Virus record (IMG/VR): IMGVR_UViG_3300010389_000001
Coordinates: 168,534 to 232,533 of that record
DNA: 64,000 nt
Reading direction: 5' to 3' (one strand)
The notes below the pieces were generated by a model, which saw nothing but the letters and a program-made list of their open reading frames with translations, searched no databases and was not told the DNA's origin. A program made the position numbers and the translations under genes. Shown one piece after another: positions 28,154 to 38,536 of this stretch. Each line of letters begins with the position of its first letter. The first letter of the stretch is position 1.

Positions 28154-31100
28154 ATGGCAAGCATTTTAGAGTTAATAGTCGGAGCTATTAATGAGAAAGA
28201 AGATTATACTTCTGTTGAAATAAACTGTGAGGATAAAGGCGGATCCGGCAAAAGCCTTTTCCCGCCAAAAGCGCTGGAGGTTTTATTCCCTGATCAGGGC
28301 AGCGAGAACATTGTGCCTCTTAATGGCGGCTCTGTTGTAAAGATACAGCTGGGTAGAGATATCGATCCCGAGTCATATGCCGGAGTTACCTCGAAGATAA
28401 GCAGCAAGCTCACAGGCATTGGAAGCCTAACTAACTTCGTAAGCAATAAAAGCACTCTAGCAGAAAGTGGATCAAGTCTGGCCGAACTTTATGTAAAGAT
28501 TAACAGCTTTCTTGAAAAGACTGGCTTTTTTCAAAAAAGCCTCAGGTCACTTGGCGTTCCTACTCTTGCCTTATCTTCTGTAATTTCCGAAGATATAGTT
28601 GACTTTGAGGATCTAGAATCAGAAATAGAAAGAACGAGATTACTTGGCGTGCGAAGCAATGAGTTATCTGTAATTGGTTCTTTTAAATTTATACCATTTG
28701 AAACTATTAAGCAAATTTATAAAATAGCAAAAGAGGGCTATGGATATAATGTATCCATATCAGGAAATACATTTTTTGAGATTGCAGAAAAGCTAGATTC
28801 AAATCCTGAAGATGAAGATATTTCAAAAGCAATTTTAAATATATTTCCAATACTCAGAATTGATGATGACTTTATTTTCGGCGATGATATTCAGCAGTTA
28901 ATTGGATACTACACTATATATAAAGATTCAATATACGTAAAAACTCCAGACTTAAGCGCTAGGGATTCTTCCGGTTATTCGATCAACCCATACGACATCG
29001 GCGTAGACAATGTGCAGGATTATGTTAACTTTGCCTTTGAAATGATCACGAGCGAGACAATAACTAGCTCTGGTTATGACGCAATAGCTTTTGATTACTT
29101 AGCTCCACCAAGCATAGAGGTTTTGGATCAAGATTACGAATTCCCGGCGATTAAGGAGAATGGAAGCATCTCTGTGGAGATTAGCGCTAGCGGAGCTGTA
29201 GATGGCGCCTCCTATTATCTTTCGCCAATAGATAAGGCAACTACTGCAAAAATACAGGGCGTTAAAAATGTAAGAAAAGTATCTGATGCCGTAGAATTTT
29301 TTACTGCGCCGAATCTAGCTGTTCCTTATTATTCAGATTCAGAGGGTTTGAAGCCAGTATTCGTTATGGACGACTCATTTACGTCGGATGATTTCGGAAC
29401 GAAGATTAACTACAGCTATACCAACGATGATATAAAAAAGCTTGGAGACCAAATCATTGTATCTCTTGCATCATCTAATATATTTGTTTCATCAACAGAA
29501 ACAGATATTGACAATTATGAAATTGAAATAAACAAAGAAACTATAGGCTTAAGCCAACTGGGCGTACCACTTTTTGTTAGCGAGGGAACCATAGGTGTAA
29601 CAAGCTCTCAATATTGCGGAATTGCAAACAGGCCTGATATATTTCTGGGAAGCAGAGAAGAAGATGCATCTTACAGGAGAAATGATAGAAAGTATTTAAG
29701 CGATAAAATTTACGCCTCGAAAGAGTTCTTTATGTCGCTAACTCCAAATATAGCCAGAGAAGAGCAAATACCAAAACTTTGGATAAAAGCTAAGGGCGGC
29801 CCTAGCAATGCGGATTCGAATGGGCGAAGATTTATAGAATTTGGTGAAGCACAAAATGGCTTCCTGGCCCTGGATGATTTTGGTAGCCCAAATGGAAATA
29901 CAGATGTAGAGTTTGCGTTATATGCTGTCGATAAGCTTGGGCAGATATCAAGAGCTTATGGGCCAAATATTGTCGTAACTAAAAATGAGGTGTTGACTCT
30001 TGGGGTAAGTCCCGATGGATTCAAGGATGATGGAGTTATTATTCAGGTAGGCTCTGCAATGCCCACCCTAACTATAGAGCTTGAAGAGTCAACCAAATTT
30101 GAATCTCTAGTTGCATGGAGCCAAAAGTCTGGTGGAATCAAGTTGTTTGAGATAAATCCATCGGAAGTAGATATAGTAAACACATCTAGTGGATTTACTA
30201 TATCATTTAATGGTATAAGCGTAGAAGAAGTAGTCGGAACAGCCAATGGAGTAGTTTGGCTTGAGATAAATGGATCTGAAAACCGTATTCAGCTCTTTAT
30301 TGCAGATCCGGACGTAACCTCTATTGACCAGCTCCCTGGTCCGCTAACAGAAAAAGTAGAGTTTATTGATCCTAATGGGCTAAAGGCAAAGAGATTTGGA
30401 AAAACAATTGACTCAATACCGATACTCCTAGATGGATCAAACGCTGAAATAACATTAAAGTATAAAAAGAAAATATTTAAGCAAGGCTCAGAAATTTATG
30501 CTTATTTTGCTTTCTGCAAAAATAAGGATGAGGAAAACTACAAAATACTATCCGAAGATGTATCACCTTTGACGGGGACTTCTGGAGGTATTTGCGAAGT
30601 CTTTCTAGATGGCCTTGGGTATTGGGTGCCAACAAATATAGAGTACAAGTTTGGCTCTAGTTATTTCAGCAGAATATCCAACAAGAAGGCTTTGTTGAAG
30701 TTTCCTGGTCCAGCCGGAAATATAAATATAAGTAGATTTGGAAGGTTTACTGGAAATAGTTTGCAGTCGCCAGCATGCATAATCCTGACAAATAGTAAGC
30801 TTAGCCCGGCGCAGGATGGATCATTTATATCATTAATCTCTGCAGATAATGAATATGCAAAAATATCCATAGGATCGAATACTAGTGTTGGCGAAGAAGA
30901 CAGAAAACCAGCATTCATAAATCCTCCCCATATCCTTGGGATGGTTGCCGGTATACCGGACTCTGATCAATTTGCCTCATCGTCTAAGGTTATGGGTGAT
31001 TATTTTCAAGATATAAGAGGCGTTAGTAATGCCGCCCAGATAAGTAATGAAGATGTGGTTGGGCCTATAATTACTTCTGATCGCCTAGATCGATTGGCCC

Positions 31101-34100
31101 TAATTTTCACTGGCTCAAACAATGAAAGAAGAGTATCGAAAGCTTACACTGCATATATAGGGTCAACAAGGGTAAGGAGAAGGCAGCGAGCAGGAAAGAT
31201 AAAAAGGATTTCCAGTGATGAAAACCTTCTCTTAATGAATCTAAAAAAGATAAAAGATGTAAGAGACGTAGGCTGGACCAATATCCGAATAGAGAAAGAA
31301 GATAAAAGATTTAATGTTAATTACGACTCTACCGTGTATAACGTATCGACGGTAAAGTTCTCATGCACTGGAGAAAATCCGGACCCAAACTGCTCAGAAG
31401 ATGAGGCTGACCCTGGAATAACAAAAACCGAAGGAAGTGGCAAGAACGCCATATCTGTACTAAGAAAAGAGAATAAATTTATTCTAGCGAATGATGGAGA
31501 AAATAAGCTCATATGCTCTGAGTCAGCAAATATATTCCCAGATGTAAATAACGGCGGGTTATCACCGTTGCCTTACTATCCCCAGTTTGATGGCACAAGA
31601 TCATTTAGCCTAGGAAGTTGCTCTGGAGGTGGCCTCCAAATATTTGATAAAGGGTCATCTTATGCTTACTTTAGAAATCCGATAAAAATATTTCCAGATA
31701 CAGATCTGCTTCTGAATTTATTTCTTACTGATACTGATACGGTTAACAATCCGTCAGGAGAGATGACCACTGTAAGAAAAAATGGGTCTATAACCGTTAG
31801 TAATAATCTTGACGAGCTAAAAGAAACTTATAACAAAATATCAGGGCAAGCAGATGAGGCGAACGCAAAGCTTGATGAGGCCAGTGCTAAGCTCGAAGAA
31901 GAAAGTCAGAATAGAGATCCCGACGGTCTAAGTCGAACAGAAGAGGAGATAAATCAGGATAAAGAAGATATTCAAAAGTCTAAGGAAATTTACACTGAGT
32001 CTGATGAAAGTGCGCAAGAAGGAATTAGCGCTGTTGAGAAAGCTGAGGCGGAGGAGGCGGCCGCACAACAGGTCCGAGATTCACTGGATCCAAATTCTCC
32101 AGAGGATATAGTGGCTAGCGCAGATGCTGCACTCAAAGATGCGCAAGATGCAGCAAATAAAGCTTTGAACGCAGCAAATGAGGCTGTAGACGGACTTAAC
32201 AACGCCCTCAATGTGCTTGAAAATCTGAATGATGAGCTATCAAGAAAGCTTATGATAGCAAACGGACTAATTAATGAAGCGGAAGATGCGCTAACGGTAT
32301 CAAGGTCCGATAGCTTCTATGGAGTTAGAATAGCTGATATGGCAATAAGCAAGACCGCCGCCATATCGACTGGCAACATTGATTCTTCAAATAAAAATGA
32401 GATATGGCTAAATATCAAAACAAGATTTGATCAGACTGCAGCAATAAAGTTTAACTCACCTGAGATTCTTTCAATAACAACTGATGGAAAAGATTTTCTT
32501 CCAGGTAAGTTCTCTGAGATAAAACTCGGTGATGGAAGAAATATACTTCTGCTTACAACGGTCGGAACAGACAGGAATACGAAATTAGAAATAAATAAAA
32601 TAAGAACAGACTTTACGATACAAAATGAGTTAGGCATACTTAAGGACTTATCTGTAATAATCGAGTCAAAAAATGAGTTCTTATTATCTGGATCAAAACC
32701 ATGTCTTGAGATTGCGCTAACAAATTCAAATCAAGAAAGGCTGCTTTTGTCGAATCTAGACAATAATTTGGCAATTGACCTTCAATCGACATATGAACGC
32801 TTTCTTATAGGCGGAGATAGAGTCAAGAAGGGCGTTCCGAGCACTCTAAAGGACACTCTAGCGGATAATCCTCTTAAGTTTATAAACGTTAGCTTGGAAA
32901 AGGCAAATATTCCAAAAGAATTTATGCAGAGCTTCTGCGATATGTCCTTCCATCTGACAGCGGAACTATCTCTTCAGCTTAGAAATTTTAGAGTTCTTCT
33001 TGTGCCAATCAAAGTAATCCTATGTATAGTTGATGTAATCTGTGCCTTACTTCACCCTATCCGGCTTGCATTCGCAATAATAAGACTATTCCTTTGCCTG
33101 TATGATTTAATCCTACTCTTGCCACAGCTTTCTGTGCCCGCCATGCTAATAAATCTGCTGCTGCATATTCTTGAGTTGTTACTTTGCGTAATTGTAAAAA
33201 TGCTAAGCATCGTTAACGCAATAAACGAAATAATATCAGCATTTGACGTTGCAATCAGGGATAAAAATTATCCGGCAATTATCGCTCTGGAGGAAACACT
33301 AAATGAGCATTTAGCCAGCTTGGAAGCAGATCTGGAGGTGCTTGAGCCTATCCTAACGATACTTGGATTATTCCTTGAGCTTTTGCAGCTTGTTTTCGCA
33401 TTCCCATGCCAGGTTGGATCAGATGAGGATGCGCCCTCCTGCATTGACCCCTCAATGATTGCCGGGATAATACTGAGCAAAGTTGCTCCATCTGGACGAA
33501 TAGAGCCAGACGCCCTACTTCCGATGGCTCAGACTTACACCACGCTTGACCCGGCAGATGGGACAAATGGAAATACTCCAAGCTCGGATAATGATAACGA
33601 CGAGGACAGATTTGGTAGAGTAGACGTTCTGAAAGAAGCCAAAGAAAATGTAGGAGCGACAGTTGTTCCTGATAATTCAGGCTATGGAGGAAGGGAGCTT
33701 ACAGGCCTAACGGATTCCCTGACCGGTGAGCCAAAAGTTATTGGAGAAGGAGGCTTCTTCTCCGGGGATAACGATGAGGATGGAAGGCACGATAACGTTG
33801 ATTATACGACACTTAGATTTGATGAAGGCGGAGATAACTTCCAGGCAACATTTGGTGTGTCATTTACAAAGTCGATAAAGAAGTTTAATCTTTTCACTGG
33901 ACCAGACCCAAGGCTTGTAACTTTCCAATTTAACGAAAGAGGCTTAACTAATCCATTGGCCTTTAACTGGTTCTTAGCAGCTTTCTTTAGAAAAAAGAAT
34001 ATAGACTTGTTCCAGACTCTGGATTCACCGCCGGGCTTTGTAATTCCAGATGGCAACTCCTTAATCGTCAACAGCGATCAAGTAGGCTTTACGTCACCAG

Positions 34101-35998
34101 TTGATGGTTCTTCTGACTTTACAAACGGAGGATTTACTGGATTCTACCTAGAAGAGAGAGCTGGAGGGACTTATCAGCCTAAGCTTTTGACGGCAACAAT
34201 TGAGGTTGAAGTAAGAGGGGTCGATGAAAATGGACAAGAGACGGTGGAGATCGTAGAGGAGACGCAGGATATAGGTCAGATTCCTATGATAGCTCTTGTT
34301 GACGATGAGTTTAACGTTTATTACGTAGAGGAAGGCGATGGCGGAACTGGAGGCATTATCGTTGAGGATATCGACGGAGTTCAGTGCATAACCTCTATTA
34401 GTGCAAAAATGATAAATTATCCAACTGCACCAAAGAAGAAGTTCTCAAGAGAGGATCGCGAAGTCTACAGGTCCGCTGAGGAGCTAAAGCCAAAGAGCGT
34501 TAGGGGCGAGGAGCTTAAAGACGGGAAAACTCTGACCGGCCCAAGAGATGACCCGGCTGTTCCGACGCCACCAATACCTGTTGTTGTGGGCGGACCTGGA
34601 GATATAGATCTCGGGCAGATACTAGTTTATGAGCAAGCCAATGCAAACTGGTTATCTGGAGAGTTTGATCCAGATGAAGGCCTGGAATATGGCAGTGAAT
34701 TCTTTACGAGCGAAGCTGATGGCCAAATATTTAAGCCAACTAAGTTTAATAAAGATTTTGGCTCATTTACCGCGCAGTATATACAAGAAGAAATGGCAGA
34801 GGGAAGAAGTGTTAAGGGGGTGCTAATTGATAATATTTCAGCTCCGCCATTCCCAGAATATGGAGTATATGATTGGGCCAATGGATCAAAGAAAGAGCAG
34901 AATGATTTCGGAGACTCCATTGATTCAATTAAGGTATTTGACTTTCCAACACTTCACTTTGTAGATATGCGCCATCTAAAAGATGATATTCTGGCAGCTT
35001 GCTTTGGGCGGCCTGACTCGCTTCTGCTGGATAATGATGTATTTACCGACGAGGGAATCGGAGATCTAGAGGATCTTATCGAGGAGACACAAGATTGCGT
35101 TCAGTCATTCCTAGACTTCTTCCTATCGGACAAAGAAGTATCTCCAGGGACTCCAGAGGGTGTGGTTCCGAGGATTAGGGCACAGCTTGAGCAGGGCATT
35201 GTTCCGGAGCCAGTTGTTGTAGACAATGTTATTTCAAAATATAATGAGACAAGAGAGTGTATACAGGATAAGGTTGACAGAGCATGCAAGTTTGTTTTGA
35301 ATCCTTTGAACACATCCTTTAAGCTGCTTAATGACATAGACGAATCTCCTCTAACAAATTACATCAATCCAGAGCAGGAAGATCTTGCGAATCTAATTAA
35401 CTATGACTTAGTAGATGAGCTTGAGCTTGACTCAGAGCTTCAAGGGTTCCCGAAAATTACAGGCGCAATGGAATATGCTTCCGGAATAGGCGATTCTGCG
35501 GCAGTTAGAGTTGGCGAAAAGGCAGTAATAAGGATAATCCCAAGAGATTGTTATGACGATACGCTGCCTTCTAATTTGGATCTAACTGATTCTATTAAAA
35601 TACAGATATTAGAAGACGGAACTGGCGGAGCAGCTTTAGTTGCCCCAGGTGAAGGACCCGAGTTATTTGTTAAAAATGAAGGAGAATATACGGCGGCAAT
35701 ATCATCAGACTCTCCTGGAGTGGTTAAGATAAAGGCGACCGTTTGCTCAGTTACTGTTCAGGCGGTCACAGATCAGTCTATTCGCTCTTCAGTTTCTTCT
35801 GCTGAGGTAGACTGCGTTGATGACGATGGCGTAGATCCAGATGACGTTGGCTCGTTTGCCCCGGGAGCTTTAACGAAGGTCGATAGAATTTTAACTATAC
35901 TATTTACTTCTGCTCCGGTAACAATGGCTGCAGAGGGCGATGCCGGAAGGCTCGCGACACCAAGGGACCAGGTATTCGGTACTAATCTGGAGAATTAA
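28154..35998 (+). CDS. 2614-aa multidomain virion-associated protein of unknown function
   Basis: Uninterrupted ORF with TATAAT at 28124-28129 upstream; beta-rich N-terminal half, coiled coil (~31800-32290), long hydrophobic Leu/Ile/Cys segment (~32993-33409) and a C-terminal invasin/Big_1-like Ig pattern (~35495-35760). Confidence 0.75.
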   Translation: MASILELIVGAINEKEDYTSVEINCEDKGGSGKSLFPPKALEVLFPDQGSENIVPLNGGSVVKIQLGRDIDPESYAGVTSKISSKLTGIGSLTNFVSNKSTLAESGSSLAELYVKINSFLEKTGFFQKSLRSLGVPTLALSSVISEDIVDFEDLESEIERTRLLGVRSNELSVIGSFKFIPFETIKQIYKIAKEGYGYNVSISGNTFFEIAEKLDSNPEDEDISKAILNIFPILRIDDDFIFGDDIQQLIGYYTIYKDSIYVKTPDLSARDSSGYSINPYDIGVDNVQDYVNFAFEMITSETITSSGYDAIAFDYLAPPSIEVLDQDYEFPAIKENGSISVEISASGAVDGASYYLSPIDKATTAKIQGVKNVRKVSDAVEFFTAPNLAVPYYSDSEGLKPVFVMDDSFTSDDFGTKINYSYTNDDIKKLGDQIIVSLASSNIFVSSTETDIDNYEIEINKETIGLSQLGVPLFVSEGTIGVTSSQYCGIANRPDIFLGSREEDASYRRNDRKYLSDKIYASKEFFMSLTPNIAREEQIPKLWIKAKGGPSNADSNGRRFIEFGEAQNGFLALDDFGSPNGNTDVEFALYAVDKLGQISRAYGPNIVVTKNEVLTLGVSPDGFKDDGVIIQVGSAMPTLTIELEESTKFESLVAWSQKSGGIKLFEINPSEVDIVNTSSGFTISFNGISVEEVVGTANGVVWLEINGSENRIQLFIADPDVTSIDQLPGPLTEKVEFIDPNGLKAKRFGKTIDSIPILLDGSNAEITLKYKKKIFKQGSEIYAYFAFCKNKDEENYKILSEDVSPLTGTSGGICEVFLDGLGYWVPTNIEYKFGSSYFSRISNKKALLKFPGPAGNINISRFGRFTGNSLQSPACIILTNSKLSPAQDGSFISLISADNEYAKISIGSNTSVGEEDRKPAFINPPHILGMVAGIPDSDQFASSSKVMGDYFQDIRGVSNAAQISNEDVVGPIITSDRLDRLALIFTGSNNERRVSKAYTAYIGSTRVRRRQRAGKIKRISSDENLLLMNLKKIKDVRDVGWTNIRIEKEDKRFNVNYDSTVYNVSTVKFSCTGENPDPNCSEDEADPGITKTEGSGKNAISVLRKENKFILANDGENKLICSESANIFPDVNNGGLSPLPYYPQFDGTRSFSLGSCSGGGLQIFDKGSSYAYFRNPIKIFPDTDLLLNLFLTDTDTVNNPSGEMTTVRKNGSITVSNNLDELKETYNKISGQADEANAKLDEASAKLEEESQNRDPDGLSRTEEEINQDKEDIQKSKEIYTESDESAQEGISAVEKAEAEEAAAQQVRDSLDPNSPEDIVASADAALKDAQDAANKALNAANEAVDGLNNALNVLENLNDELSRKLMIANGLINEAEDALTVSRSDSFYGVRIADMAISKTAAISTGNIDSSNKNEIWLNIKTRFDQTAAIKFNSPEILSITTDGKDFLPGKFSEIKLGDGRNILLLTTVGTDRNTKLEINKIRTDFTIQNELGILKDLSVIIESKNEFLLSGSKPCLEIALTNSNQERLLLSNLDNNLAIDLQSTYERFLIGGDRVKKGVPSTLKDTLADNPLKFINVSLEKANIPKEFMQSFCDMSFHLTAELSLQLRNFRVLLVPIKVILCIVDVICALLHPIRLAFAIIRLFLCLYDLILLLPQLSVPAMLINLLLHILELLLCVIVKMLSIVNAINEIISAFDVAIRDKNYPAIIALEETLNEHLASLEADLEVLEPILTILGLFLELLQLVFAFPCQVGSDEDAPSCIDPSMIAGIILSKVAPSGRIEPDALLPMAQTYTTLDPADGTNGNTPSSDNDNDEDRFGRVDVLKEAKENVGATVVPDNSGYGGRELTGLTDSLTGEPKVIGEGGFFSGDNDEDGRHDNVDYTTLRFDEGGDNFQATFGVSFTKSIKKFNLFTGPDPRLVTFQFNERGLTNPLAFNWFLAAFFRKKNIDLFQTLDSPPGFVIPDGNSLIVNSDQVGFTSPVDGSSDFTNGGFTGFYLEERAGGTYQPKLLTATIEVEVRGVDENGQETVEIVEETQDIGQIPMIALVDDEFNVYYVEEGDGGTGGIIVEDIDGVQCITSISAKMINYPTAPKKKFSREDREVYRSAEELKPKSVRGEELKDGKTLTGPRDDPAVPTPPIPVVVGGPGDIDLGQILVYEQANANWLSGEFDPDEGLEYGSEFFTSEADGQIFKPTKFNKDFGSFTAQYIQEEMAEGRSVKGVLIDNISAPPFPEYGVYDWANGSKKEQNDFGDSIDSIKVFDFPTLHFVDMRHLKDDILAACFGRPDSLLLDNDVFTDEGIGDLEDLIEETQDCVQSFLDFFLSDKEVSPGTPEGVVPRIRAQLEQGIVPEPVVVDNVISKYNETRECIQDKVDRACKFVLNPLNTSFKLLNDIDESPLTNYINPEQEDLANLINYDLVDELELDSELQGFPKITGAMEYASGIGDSAAVRVGEKAVIRIIPRDCYDDTLPSNLDLTDSIKIQILEDGTGGAALVAPGEGPELFVKNEGEYTAAISSDSPGVVKIKATVCSVTVQAVTDQSIRSSVSSAEVDCVDDDGVDPDDVGSFAPGALTKVDRILTILFTSAPVTMAAEGDAGRLATPRDQVFGTNLEN

Positions 35999-36000
35999 TA

Positions 36001-38037
36001 ATGGCTAATGAAGAGCTTATTGAAAGACTGTCTAGAACCAGTGTAGCTGGATCAAATTACTTAAAAGAAGCACTGTCTAAAGCTTTGGGTGTTTTAGCAG
36101 ATGAGGGAACTGGCGATAATCAAGAAATAGTTCAGGGAATTGAGGCGCCTAACAATAAAGATAGTATAGAGCAGTATAAAAAAATCTTTTCTGAGATATC
36201 AGAAGAATTCAATGGTTTATTTCAAAGCCTTGAAAGTATAAGGTCTTCTTATTTGCCTTATAGCTTTGTTGCTGATGCTATTAACCAAAACAGTGGTCAA
36301 ACAGAGTCTCTGATAGAAATCTCCAGTCAGGAGTCCTTAAAGGAATCCTATGAGAATGCGTTCTTTAGAATGCTTGGCCTGCCCTCTACAGCCGATTTGG
36401 AAGATGATGTCGAATTAATCTGCGTAGATACAAGGGGAAATATAGAGCGACTGAAAAAGGATGAGTATACGCGGAGCATTCTTGACGCTAGGCAAGTTGA
36501 GGTTGGAGACAGAGATACCTCTGTTTCTATCGAGGTTTATAATTTAATTCAAAATCCAGATCCTATTCAAGTATTGGTCGAGAGTGGATATGACGAAAAT
36601 CGAGGAGAAGATCTCGATAAGCCTAGTGACCGTCTCGTCAAAACTCTTGAGATATTAAAAGAGCTTTATGATCTCGGTACTACGAGGGGGGAGAAGGCTC
36701 AGCAGCTTGCACAAGGCAAGTTATCAGCATCTATAGTCAAAGTCCCTGATGCGGAATTAAATGAGCCAGGTAGAGTTAGGCAGAATAAATTGCAAGAAGA
36801 TATCTTTAACTTTACATCTAATTTTAAAGAAGAAAATGATGGAGATGAGAATCCTAATTTTAGCAGCAGTTTTAAGCAAATTATAACCAGTATAGTCGGA
36901 GCTACTGAGCCAACTTATCCTGAGATTGGAGTGGAGCTAAGGGATGCCATATTTGCTCGGTATATATTAGGAATCGAGAGTAATACAATTGGAACGCTCG
37001 ATCAAAGTCCAAACTTTTGGAGATACTGCAGCCTATTATTTCCCCCTGTCCAAGATGGAAGAATTGCCAAATGTATCAATGAGCCGGAAGCAATTGTTGC
37101 AGAGCCGTTTCTGCCAGAAACAATGAGGAAGGTAAATTCAAAGAAGATGAGATCCAGCTTGCTTGAGGCTATAATTAGAATAAGGCTCGATATTGTAACA
37201 GGCACATCGAACCTTCGTCTATCAGATTTCTCTAGACCAGCCTTCTCTTTTGGCAGCGACAATCCTAATGGAGTAAGGTACAATGACATTGCGGAAAATT
37301 ATGGCATATTGGAAGCTTATTTGATTGCAAGATTATTTAACTCATTTTCAGGGATAGCTTCATTCACAAAAGAAAATATAAAGCAAATGCTTATACAGCA
37401 GTCAAATACCGGCCTCGTGCCGGCCCAGGAAGGCAGAAGAGCCAAACAAAATGATGGTTCTGCGGGAGAGGCCAAGAAGAAGGAGGATAGCCCTGAAGTC
37501 AAAAGGCTAAAGGCAACCAAGGCAATAGATGATTCGATGCTTCTTTTGTTAGGGGAAAATAATCTAAATAAAGCTCTAGACTTACAGGAAAATGTAGCAA
37601 GATCTTCTAGTGTTCATGATGCGCATCTTATGGAAATAGTAACTGCGGCAGTCACCTATCCCTCTAAGTGGACAGATAAAAAACTAAAAGAGATTGAAGA
37701 AAGAAATCTTGCTGACGCAAGAACCAAGCTCGATAAAAATAGATCCAAGATAGATAAGACGATGGGCAGATCCAAGGGAGTCGGGGTAATAGATATAATG
37801 TCATATGTTATTGCAATGTTTTCTGTAGAAGAAAAAGTACTACTTAGCCTTCTTAATGAAAGACAATTTTCATATCTAAAGAAGGAATTTCCTAAAGACT
37901 TTTTCAACGATACAGATAGAATAGAGATATCTTCTGCAGTAAATCTATTATCTTCAGCAGCATACGATGCATACGAGCTTTTTAGATCGATTTTATCTGA
38001 TAAACAAGTGGGCGGTTTATTTATTTACGATGACTAA
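36001..38037 (+). CDS. hypothetical helical protein (678 aa), probably virion-associated
   Basis: Starts 2 nt after the previous stop, inside the baseplate block; no family recognised. Confidence 0.7.
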   Translation: MANEELIERLSRTSVAGSNYLKEALSKALGVLADEGTGDNQEIVQGIEAPNNKDSIEQYKKIFSEISEEFNGLFQSLESIRSSYLPYSFVADAINQNSGQTESLIEISSQESLKESYENAFFRMLGLPSTADLEDDVELICVDTRGNIERLKKDEYTRSILDARQVEVGDRDTSVSIEVYNLIQNPDPIQVLVESGYDENRGEDLDKPSDRLVKTLEILKELYDLGTTRGEKAQQLAQGKLSASIVKVPDAELNEPGRVRQNKLQEDIFNFTSNFKEENDGDENPNFSSSFKQIITSIVGATEPTYPEIGVELRDAIFARYILGIESNTIGTLDQSPNFWRYCSLLFPPVQDGRIAKCINEPEAIVAEPFLPETMRKVNSKKMRSSLLEAIIRIRLDIVTGTSNLRLSDFSRPAFSFGSDNPNGVRYNDIAENYGILEAYLIARLFNSFSGIASFTKENIKQMLIQQSNTGLVPAQEGRRAKQNDGSAGEAKKKEDSPEVKRLKATKAIDDSMLLLLGENNLNKALDLQENVARSSSVHDAHLMEIVTAAVTYPSKWTDKKLKEIEERNLADARTKLDKNRSKIDKTMGRSKGVGVIDIMSYVIAMFSVEEKVLLSLLNERQFSYLKKEFPKDFFNDTDRIEISSAVNLLSSAAYDAYELFRSILSDKQVGGLFIYDD

Positions 38038-38096
38038 TCGAGTCTCATAGTCTTTCTATTATTTTTATAGTAAAAAAGAGAACTTAGGAATAATAG

Positions 38097-38528
38097 ATGT
38101 CTTTTGATTTAAAAATAAAGAATGGCGATATATCTCTTAATAATGATGGGTCTTTAACTACTGTAGTTGGCAACAATAAGCTTCGTCAGGATATTCTAAA
38201 GATACTCTTAACAGATTTCGGCAGCAATAAGTACCATAAAAGATATGGGAGTTATATTGGGCGCTTAAATATCGGAGATGTTGCCGATAGTCAAATAATA
38301 AGCTTGGATTTAGAGCGTTCAGCTAGAAATGCCGTAAAGAATCTAATGGCGCTCCAGAGGGCTCAGTCTGCAAGGCAAGGTCTGAGTCCAGGTGAAATAA
38401 TCGTTGATATAAACAGCGTTACAGTAGAGCGGGACGAGTTAGATCCAAGACTGTATAATGTAAGTGTATCGGTACTTACAAGAGAGCTGACAGACTTAAC
38501 AACATCATTATCGGTAAGGATTGCTTAG
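38097..38528 (+). CDS. baseplate wedge subunit, gp25/gpW-like
   Basis: 143 aa; MSFDLKIKNGDI...LRQDILKILLT...YHKRYGS...IVDINSVTV...YNVSVSVLT; directly before baseplate J. Confidence 0.85.
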   Translation: MSFDLKIKNGDISLNNDGSLTTVVGNNKLRQDILKILLTDFGSNKYHKRYGSYIGRLNIGDVADSQIISLDLERSARNAVKNLMALQRAQSARQGLSPGEIIVDINSVTVERDELDPRLYNVSVSVLTRELTDLTTSLSVRIA

Positions 38529-38536
38529 GAGTTATA

